Part shown: positions 7,073-13,199 of the stretch, one piece after another
Position numbering within the stretch: position 1 is the stretch's first letter
Layout: each line of letters starts with the position of its first letter
Virus record (IMG/VR): IMGVR_UViG_3300029288_004479
Reading direction: 5' to 3' (one strand)
Length of the DNA: 14,630 nucleotides
Source: a virus
Lineage: Duplodnaviria > Heunggongvirae > Uroviricota > Caudoviricetes
Notes under the pieces: generated by a model
Databases searched by the model: none
What the model saw: only the letters and a program-made list of their open reading frames with translations
Told to the model about the DNA's origin: nothing
Made by a program: the position numbers and the translations under genes

Positions 7073-7145
7073 AGCCCCGTAGTGTAGCCGGTAATCATCA
7101 TAGACTCTGAATCTATGGAGGTCAGTTCGAATCTGACCGGGGCGA
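7073..7145 (+). tRNA. tRNA-Gln(CTG)
   Basis: AGCCCCG/CGGGGCG (A1.G72 mismatch), ATAGA-CTCTGAA-TCTAT, GTCAG-TTCGAAT-CTGAC. Confidence 0.88.
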
Positions 7146-7155
7146 TAGCAATCTC

Positions 7156-7164
7156 TTTTATATA
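7156..7164 (+). promoter_or_regulatory. TATA box upstream of pyrE-like gene
   Basis: TTTTATATA about 30 nt upstream of ATG 7191/7197. Confidence 0.5.
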
Positions 7165-7196
7165 CCCAGACGAACTATCTCTATTCGTGAATGTAT

Positions 7197-7717
7197 ATGG
7201 AAAATACAATTGCGGAGATGTTAATCAAGCGAAAGGCGATTGTATTTGGAGAGTTTAGTTCCCCGAATGGAGTGACCGCCGACTATATTATAAATATGAA
7301 ATCAGTAATAACTCATCCAGCAAGCCTCTCTTTGATAGCACATAAAATAATACAAGAGTTTGATTTTGATACGGTTGCCAGTGTAGTAATTAGCGGGTTA
7401 CCAATAGCAACAACAATCGCAATGATTGCTAACAAACCTTTAGCTATTATACGAAAAATTCCGGCAGATCATAATTTAAAAGAGGCAGTATCGGAGATGT
7501 CAAAGGAGAGAATGTCCTGCTTATTGAAGATGTGACGAGTAAAGGTGAATCGGCATTATATGGTGTAAAAGCGTTACGTGCATCGGGTGCAATGTCAAAT
7601 CGTGTAGTTACAATTATAAACAAAGAACAAGGTGCTGAACAGTTATTAAAATTAAATGATATTAGGTTATATGCATTATCCACAGTTAAAGATTTGAAAA
7701 GACTCGCCCTATCCTAA
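7197..7717 (+). pseudogene. pyrE: Orotate phosphoribosyltransferase-like gene split by a -1 frameshift between 7475 and ~7490
   Basis: Frame 1: AIVFGEF...DYIINMK...KPLAIIRK..ADH. The -1 frame continues IGDVKGENVLLIEDVTSKGESALYGVKALRASGA...VVTIINKEQGAEQLL. Together they give a full-length archaeal PyrE fold. Confidence 0.85.
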
Positions 7718-7823
7718 AAATATAAATATGGGGGAGATCAACATAGATAATGTCAATACCGTAACACGTATTGACACACAAAAGGACAGCGCCAACGAAA
7801 GCAGCTAAAGTCATTCGGTATCC

Positions 7824-8114
7824 CCCAGATCTTCCCATTCACTGGACAAACAAAGAAAACGGTGGTGCCTGCGGCAGCACAAATGGTGGGAATTGGTAAA
7901 CGCTTGTCGATGTGTACAGCAAGTGGTTCTGTTCCGTGAGGGCAGGAGGTTTCCCACTCAATACAAAGTACCCAGATCTTCCCATTCACTGGGCAAACAA
8001 AGAAAACGGTGGAGTCTCCTTTATAGGGGGGCAAAAAACGGTGAAGTTCCAATCACTAATTCGAGGACTGACCTCGCTTAGTGGCCCCCGTTCCGTGAGG
8101 ACGGGGGGTTCACC
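7824..8114 (+). ncRNA. Two tandem ~150-nt structured RNA-like units of unknown class
   Basis: 42-bp direct repeat (7824-7865 / 7971-8012, 1 mismatch), plus diverged but co-varying three-way junctions (7886-7957 / 8040-8114) with a GUUCC-GUGA-GG tetraloop hairpin; no credible ORF. Confidence 0.65.
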
Positions 8115-8258
8115 CAAGAAGCAAATAACAGCAACCATCGGGCATAGGTGTATCATTTTCTCTTTCCCTCATTGTCCTTATCTCAAGAGGATAAAAAGAG
8201 ATGAGAATCGTATCTGTGGGGGTGTTGCCGCACCCCTATAGGTGCAAAAAAAACATAA

Positions 8259-8332
8259 GCCAGTATAGCATAGTGGTCTAATGCGTCGGTTTTGTAAACC
8301 GAATGTCGAGAGTTCAAATCTCCCTACTGGCT
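8259..8332 (+). tRNA. tRNA-Thr(TGT)
   Basis: GCCAGTA/TACTGGC, GCAT/ATGC D stem, TCGGT-TTTGTAA-ACCGA, U73; one T-stem mismatch. Confidence 0.92.
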
Positions 8333-8336
8333 TTCT

Positions 8337-8409
8337 GCCTCTGGAGCAGTGAAGGTACTGCGCCACTTTCGTAAAGTGGAAGTAACGGGTTCGATCCCCG
8401 TCAGAGGCT
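8337..8409 (+). tRNA. tRNA-Thr(CGT), atypical core (G8, U14, A48)
   Basis: GCCTCTG/CAGAGGC, GCAG/CTGC, CCACT-TTCGTAA-AGTGG, ACGGG-TTCGATC-CCCGT, U73. Confidence 0.85.
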
Positions 8410-8413
8410 TCCA

Positions 8414-8485
8414 GTCACTGGAGCAGTATGGTATTGCGCCTGCTTGGTAAGCAGGAAGTAGTGGGTTCAATTCCCATCGGTGGCT
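8414..8485 (+). tRNA. tRNA-Thr(GGT), atypical core (G8, U14, A48)
   Basis: GTCACTG/CGGTGGC, GCAG/TTGC, CCTGC-TTGGTAA-GCAGG, GTGGG-TTCAATT-CCCAT, U73. Confidence 0.85.
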
Positions 8486-8488
8486 CTT

Positions 8489-8574
8489 CAAGTGAAAGCT
8501 TGGACGAATCCCAAACGTAAAATGGGTGGTGCGGATGTCGTGAAAACGACCGCCGTGGATATTATATATCCACG
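8489..8574 (+). other. Hairpin-dense spacer between tRNAs (possible small ncRNA or processing element)
   Basis: CAAGT-GAAA-GCTTG, CCCA..TGGG, GTCGT-GAAA-ACGAC, CGTGGATAT-TAT-ATATCCACG. Confidence 0.45.
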
Positions 8575-8586
8575 TTAAAAACAAAT

Positions 8587-8698
8587 GGGCCTATAGTGTG
8601 AGCGGCAGCACGTCAGACTTTTAAGGGGACTCTTCCCACGACCACCACGGAGTTCCCGAAGAAATCTGATTGCACGGGTTCGATTCCCGTTAGGCCCA
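8587..8698 (+). tRNA. tRNA-Lys(TTT) with a 40-nt intron (8624-8663) at position 37/38
   Basis: GGGCCTA/TAGGCCC, TCAGA..TCTGA anticodon stem. Bulge-helix-bulge: CUUU pairs with GAAG (8658-8661), bulges UA|A and AA|A, intron stem GGGGACTC/GAGTTCCC. Confidence 0.93.
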
Positions 8699-8722
8699 TT
8701 AGACCCGTATAAGACCCATATT

Positions 8723-8947
8723 ATGAAGTTATTGTTTCATCTTTTCGAAAACTCCAACGCCGCTCGTGGCAAATGTTGTTATACTTGTTGTCAAAGGAAA
8801 TGGGATTACGTCGCGCACCAATATCGTTGTGATATATTACAAAGGCAAGTGAAAGAAAACTACATATGCACAAATTTCATGTGGTGGGACGGAAAATCAA
8901 ATACAATCCATAGGGAATGGACGTATCCCCCGGCAGCAATACCATAA
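8723..8947 (+). CDS. Small Cys-rich hypothetical protein inside the tRNA array
   Basis: KCCYTCC...YRCDIL...YICTNF; fills the gap between two tRNAs. Confidence 0.55.
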   Translation: MKLLFHLFENSNAARGKCCYTCCQRKWDYVAHQYRCDILQRQVKENYICTNFMWWDGKSNTIHREWTYPPAAIP

Positions 8948-8992
8948 AAAAACACAAGTATTATAATCTTATAAGGCAATTTAATAAAAAGA

Positions 8993-9064
8993 GGGTGCGT
9001 GGTATAACGGACATTATCACAGCCTGTCACGTTGTGGACTCGCGTTCAACTCGCGGCGCATCCG
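8993..9064 (+). tRNA. tRNA-Asp(GTC)
   Basis: GGGTGCG/CGCATCC, ACAGC-CTGTCAC-GTTGT, TCGCG-TTCAACT-CGCGG, G73. Confidence 0.92.
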
Positions 9065-9085
9065 TTTTATGTATGGGATAAATTT

Positions 9086-9676
9086 ATGTTAACTTCAGAA
9101 CAGGCAAGAAAAATTGGAATTATTGGTGCAAAACTTACAGGTGAAATAAGTAAACAACGCAGATTAGTAGCAATTGCAAATTACGATAAAGATCCAAAAT
9201 TATGTCTAATCTGTGGTAAACCACTATCCTACCAACAGAAACTTAATAGAAATAAATATTGTAGTCATTCATGTGCTGCAACAAAATCAAATCAAAACAG
9301 AAAAGTAAAAAGAATGTGTTTGTTTTGTGGGAAAATACTAAATAAAGATCAAAAAAAGTTTTGCAGTCACACATGTCATGGTAATTATGTTACATCAAAA
9401 CACATGATGGATGGAGAACCATGCAGTCCAAAATCATTAAGAAGATATTTATTAGTAACAAGAGTGTATATGTGTTCAGAATGTGGATTACCAACGTGGA
9501 AAAATAAGCCAATTCCATTGGAAGTGCACCATATTGATGGGAATTGTGATAACAATAAGGAAGAAAACTTGGAATTATGGTGTAGAAACTGTCATGGTTT
9601 AACTGAAAATTTTGGAAATCGTAATAAAACAGGGAATGGAAGAAGAGTAAAAACAAGATTAAAAAAACACAATTAA
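9086..9676 (+). CDS. HNH (homing-type) endonuclease with N-terminal zinc-ribbon repeats
   Basis: CLICG..YCSHSC, CLFCG..FCSHTC, then CSECG...LEVHHIDGNCDNNKEENLELWCRNCH. The track start at 9032 lies inside tRNA-Asp; ATG 9086 is used instead. Confidence 0.92.
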   Translation: MLTSEQARKIGIIGAKLTGEISKQRRLVAIANYDKDPKLCLICGKPLSYQQKLNRNKYCSHSCAATKSNQNRKVKRMCLFCGKILNKDQKKFCSHTCHGNYVTSKHMMDGEPCSPKSLRRYLLVTRVYMCSECGLPTWKNKPIPLEVHHIDGNCDNNKEENLELWCRNCHGLTENFGNRNKTGNGRRVKTRLKKHN

Positions 9677-9690
9677 AATTTAACTTTATT

Positions 9691-10377
9691 ATGACAAACG
9701 ACACATTACTCGAAAAAGTGAAAATGGCGGTTGTCATTTTCCTATATTTTGGGATAATATATCCAATACGGTTTATTATATGGCCTCTCACTAAAATAAT
9801 TTATACTAATATTTACCTATTTGTCTGCCTGTTTTTCATTTGGGTAATGTCAATTATGGGTGTTTTTAAGAATTTTAACGAAACGTTCAGTCAAAAAATA
9901 ATGGAAAACCGCCTTGATTTAATATGGACTATTAAACCCATTGTAACAATATTTGGTTTTGAAATAACTCCTATGCATATTTTCATCGTAATTATGGGGT
10001 TATTATTTATATACAGGATCTTTGAAGTAATTAATAATATAATAAGTATGGTAAAAGTGATCCTCGGGCATACACTTATGGCGGTGTTGTGGGTATGGTT
10101 TACAATATGTGGGGATAAAGATCGTGCCGTAATGTTCATCCAATCACCAAGTGAAAGAAAATCAATATTAGTATTTTGGGGACTTCTGGTTTTGGCAATA
10201 ATAGCAGTAATTGTATTCTTTTATCTCAAATCATTATCACAAGACATATCTTCAGATTATCTTATAACCTCAATGAATATGACATCACACTTAAATGATA
10301 CGGTATCGTTAGGAACACCGGCATTAAATAATATCTCTTTACAGGAAGCAATTGACAAAACATACGAGATGGTGTAA
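9691..10377 (+). CDS. Multi-pass membrane protein
   Basis: About five hydrophobic segments; C-terminal region with several N-X-S/T sequons (NMT, NDT, NIS). Confidence 0.7.
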   Translation: MTNDTLLEKVKMAVVIFLYFGIIYPIRFIIWPLTKIIYTNIYLFVCLFFIWVMSIMGVFKNFNETFSQKIMENRLDLIWTIKPIVTIFGFEITPMHIFIVIMGLLFIYRIFEVINNIISMVKVILGHTLMAVLWVWFTICGDKDRAVMFIQSPSERKSILVFWGLLVLAIIAVIVFFYLKSLSQDISSDYLITSMNMTSHLNDTVSLGTPALNNISLQEAIDKTYEMV

Positions 10378-10378
10378 C

Positions 10379-11017
10379 ATGGAATTTCAGATAGATGGAA
10401 CTGTATTACCAATACTTACCATAACCCTAAAAAAAGGAGAATCCGTATATTCTCAAAGTGGTTCATTAGTGTCAATGACAGAAGGTATAGTATTCCAGAC
10501 GGAATTACTGGGTGGGATTACAAAGGCGATACGTAGGTTAGCCGGAAAAGAATCAGCATTCATTACAAGGTTTATCGCAAAAGAGGATGGGGCAGTAGTA
10601 TCATTCTCGGAAGAAAACGTTCCGGGTGTGACTCGTGCATTCTATTTAGATAACGATGAACTGTTATGTGAACGATCATCATTTTTGTGTTCGGAATCGA
10701 CGGTAGATCTGGACATTGCGTTCTTAAGAAAAATATCGGCAGGGATATTCAGTAAAGAGAGTTTTGTTTTCTTACGTGTGTCAGGGAAAGGATACGTGTT
10801 TCTCCACCCACACGGTGAGATTAAAGAACACACATTAAAAGAAGGGGAGAAATTACGGGTTTCACGCGGTAAAGTTGTGGCGTTTGAAAAGACTGTTGAC
10901 TTTAATGTAGTGTTCTTAAAAACAGCAAAAACCATTTTGTTCTCGAAAGAAGGTTTGTTTATTACAGAGTTGACCGGGCCGGGAAAAGTATATGTCCAAT
11001 CGACAGTGAAATGGTAA
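10379..11017 (+). CDS. AIM24 family (TIGR00266-like) protein
   Basis: I.GTVLPILTITLKKGESVYSQSGSLVSM...ESAFITRF...LCERSSFLC...ESFVFLRVSGKGYVFLH.HG...FSKEGLFITELTGPGKVYVQS; ATG 10379 follows the previous stop. Confidence 0.9.
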   Translation: MEFQIDGTVLPILTITLKKGESVYSQSGSLVSMTEGIVFQTELLGGITKAIRRLAGKESAFITRFIAKEDGAVVSFSEENVPGVTRAFYLDNDELLCERSSFLCSESTVDLDIAFLRKISAGIFSKESFVFLRVSGKGYVFLHPHGEIKEHTLKEGEKLRVSRGKVVAFEKTVDFNVVFLKTAKTILFSKEGLFITELTGPGKVYVQSTVKW

Positions 11018-11019
11018 AC

Positions 11020-11032
11020 TATATATCTGCAA
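11020..11032 (+). promoter_or_regulatory. TATATATCTGCAA promoter-like motif
   Basis: Identical to 1367-1379; lies upstream of GGAGGT RBS and ATG 11070. Confidence 0.5.
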
Positions 11033-11069
11033 CAATCATATTATGATATTAACAATCAGGAGGTTGTAT

Positions 11070-11261
11070 ATGGTTGAATCAGAAAATAAAAGTGTGCCTT
11101 TTTCCGGGTATATCTGGTTAATCGGTCTGTTTATTTGTTGTGTTGCTCTTGTAGCAAACCGTTATGTTCCCGAGGACAGTATGTTAACTACATCAATGTC
11201 CGTTGCGGGGCTTGTCGTAATGGTGATCTTCGGCGCACGGGCGATTGCATATAAATCATGA
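11070..11261 (+). CDS. Small two-TM membrane protein
   Basis: GGAGGT at 11059-11064 favours ATG 11070; two hydrophobic segments. Confidence 0.65.
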   Translation: MVESENKSVPFSGYIWLIGLFICCVALVANRYVPEDSMLTTSMSVAGLVVMVIFGARAIAYKS

Positions 11262-11578
11262 AAGTTAAAGAAACCACAATGCAATCCGTTACAATAGAGA
11301 AGCGGTATTGCGATCAATGTGGAAAAGAGACGCATGAGTTAAGTTGTCACCAACGGCACTGTAATTTGTGTGGGAAAGATCTTTGTTGGGATTGTACAAC
11401 CACCGTTGATGAAGTGGACGAACCGGATATTTGGCACACAAGTTATTGCAAATCCTGCTTTGAGATTTATCGCAAAAACAAACAAGAATTAGACGAACTG
11501 GATCTTAAAATCAACACGATCTGGAATAAAATGAGAGAAGAAGCAGAAAAAAAGAGAGTAGATTTCAGGAGGGAATAA
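11258..11578 (+). CDS. Zinc-finger protein with C-terminal coiled coil
   Basis: CDQC, CNLC, CWDC, CKSC motifs. Confidence 0.75.
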   Translation: MKVKETTMQSVTIEKRYCDQCGKETHELSCHQRHCNLCGKDLCWDCTTTVDEVDEPDIWHTSYCKSCFEIYRKNKQELDELDLKINTIWNKMREEAEKKRVDFRRE

Positions 11579-11581
11579 TTA

Positions 11582-11794
11582 ATGTTAAAAGATAGTTTTA
11601 TTTTAGTAAGTAAATTATTGATAAGTGTTATTTTTATCGGAATCGTTGCATATATATCAGTAACGGCGTCGTCGGGGATATTAGGGATCATTGGTCTTGA
11701 GAGTCCAACCGTAGGAATATTAATCGCATTATTAATCGCAGCAGCAATGTCGAGTGCAGCGTTAACGGGAATAGATAGGAGTTATTTGAAATGA
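11582..11794 (+). CDS. Small two-TM membrane protein
   Basis: Hydrophobic; similar to 11791-12057. Confidence 0.65.
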   Translation: MLKDSFILVSKLLISVIFIGIVAYISVTASSGILGIIGLESPTVGILIALLIAAAMSSAALTGIDRSYLK

Positions 11795-12057
11795 AGATAA
11801 GTTGTGTAGTAAAAACATCTATATTCTATCTAATAACTTTTATTGCAGCAGTGATCTATTTCGGAATTTCGGTTGCGGTATCAGGGTTTCTTTCGTTACA
11901 TATCCTTGGATTTTTTGGAATTGATAAATCTGCATATCAAGGCATGGCACTAATGGTATTAGTATTGAGTATATTAATTATAATTATATGTTTATCTACT
12001 GGGGTAACCGAGTGTTATCTCAAAGAAAAAGAAAAAAGAAAGAAAGAGGTGTTGTAA
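11791..12057 (+). CDS. Small two-TM membrane protein, likely paralogue of 11582-11794
   Basis: ILGFFGIDK...STGVTECYLK versus ILGIIGLES...LTGIDRSYLK. Confidence 0.65.
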   Translation: MKISCVVKTSIFYLITFIAAVIYFGISVAVSGFLSLHILGFFGIDKSAYQGMALMVLVLSILIIIICLSTGVTECYLKEKEKRKKEVL

Positions 12058-12350
12058 TGACGATTGCAGACGATCTTATGAAGACAGCACCGTTTGAAAT
12101 GGGGTTTGGAGTAGGTGGTGTAGTTATAGGAATATCTTGTTTATGCTCATTATGGCTTATATTGAGTGCCATGTCGATAGACACCGAACAATCCCTTGCG
12201 GTTACACGAGTATTAATGGAACACAAAGTGTTTATTGTTAGTCTGATATACGGATTTTGTTTTATGATCTTTCTCGGATGGGGCGGGTTAATGGCGGCAA
12301 TAATAAAGACCATAAAAAACACAAACCGGTCAAACAACAATGACATATAA
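12057..12350 (+). CDS. Small two-TM membrane protein
   Basis: ATG 12057 overlaps the previous TAA (TAATG); two hydrophobic segments. Confidence 0.65.
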   Translation: MTIADDLMKTAPFEMGFGVGGVVIGISCLCSLWLILSAMSIDTEQSLAVTRVLMEHKVFIVSLIYGFCFMIFLGWGGLMAAIIKTIKNTNRSNNNDI

Positions 12351-12367
12351 AACAACGAGGCTATATA

Positions 12368-12649
12368 ATGGAAGGAACACCACCGATCTTAAATATTCAC
12401 TCACAGAAAGATCCGCACGATAATTGTTATATCGTGGGTAATTGGCATGGACTAGTTAATTTACACAAAGCATTGAATGCGTATTTCGAAGATAAAAAAG
12501 AAGAAAGAGAATTCTTTGTTAGTGATGGAGAAGGATATACCCTTCATATTATCCGTGAAGACAATGTAGACAGATTAGCACTTCCCTACACCTCGGAAAC
12601 ATCACAAGAGCGAAGAGACTACGCGAGATATCCGTGGGGCGTTAAATAA
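12368..12649 (+). CDS. Hypothetical protein of a type I associate with phages
   Basis: H..YIVGN..GL..L..AL....FF.SDGEGY.L.I...L.LPY pattern; family not named. Confidence 0.65.
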   Translation: MEGTPPILNIHSQKDPHDNCYIVGNWHGLVNLHKALNAYFEDKKEEREFFVSDGEGYTLHIIREDNVDRLALPYTSETSQERRDYARYPWGVK

Positions 12650-13159
12650 ATGGAACAACAACCTGTAATCCTGTTTGATGCACAGAAGATTTACAAGAAA
12701 ATAACAACAAACTCAACCTATGAAGATGCACATATGGAAATCATATTTGGGTTAATAATGTTGATACCCTTCCTCTTTCTATGGGTAATGTTCACTGGAG
12801 GGGCGTTGTATCCCGAAGACCGAATTATAACCGTAGATTCGGTTGAATATCATTCTCATGTCACGTCAACTGCATGGAACGATCCCAACTACGTTACAGG
12901 AGAATATATTGAAATAAGGATCACCGATACAAATGGTGCAAAATATGAATTCTCACCATCAAAACACGCTCTAGATAATCCTATGTATGCCAAAATCAAT
13001 AATGGCTGGGCGTTTCTTCCACACGAGCAAACAATAGAATCTGGTGGGAAATACAAAATAACATTGTGGCATTCGATATTCATGGGGAATTATGTTACCG
13101 ATAGTTTCTCAAACTGGAATCCTAATCCCGAAATATCAAAATGTGTGAGGTTGGATTAA
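12650..13159 (+). CDS. Membrane-anchored protein with probable extracellular beta-rich domain
   Basis: Single TM IIFGLIMLIPFLFLWVMF followed by a polar, beta-strand-like region. Confidence 0.65.
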   Translation: MEQQPVILFDAQKIYKKITTNSTYEDAHMEIIFGLIMLIPFLFLWVMFTGGALYPEDRIITVDSVEYHSHVTSTAWNDPNYVTGEYIEIRITDTNGAKYEFSPSKHALDNPMYAKINNGWAFLPHEQTIESGGKYKITLWHSIFMGNYVTDSFSNWNPNPEISKCVRLD

Positions 13160-13199
13160 TGGTGGCAATCGTGAAAATTATAAAAACAGATACCCAACA

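Noticed and set aside
7824-8012. CRISPR array interpretation of the 42-bp direct repeat
   Set aside because: Only two copies, a 105-nt spacer that is itself structurally homologous to the sequence after copy 2, and no cas genes
7855-8020. T-box-like GGUGGUGCC / GGUGGAGUC motifs after an A-rich linker
   Set aside because: No 3' strand (CCGU) follows to close the antiterminator helix, there is no stem I specifier, and CGGUG pairs well upstream instead
8040-8100. Resemblance to a cobalamin riboswitch (GGUGAAGUUCC, GCCCCCG..GUGA), an HDV-like ribozyme loop (CCUCGCU) or RNase P conserved regions
   Set aside because: No B12 box; the HDV P1/P1.1/J4-2 elements cannot be completed and copy 1 lacks the loop; RNase P P4 strands do not pair
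7753-8241. ORFs 7753-8052(-), 7893-8081(+) and 7912-8241(+)
   Set aside because: The repeat copies are explained by RNA base-pair covariation rather than codon conservation; no RBS or protein motifs
8410-8413. Apparent encoded CCA after tRNA-Thr(CGT)
   Set aside because: Offset by one base (U73 then U-CCA); no other tRNA here encodes CCA
8489-8530. Hammerhead-like GGACGAA between two stems
   Set aside because: No CUGANGA core upstream and no GAAA/UH arrangement
9032-9085. N-terminal extension of the HNH ORF given in the track
   Set aside because: The TTG start lies inside tRNA-Asp; ATG 9086 is the plausible start
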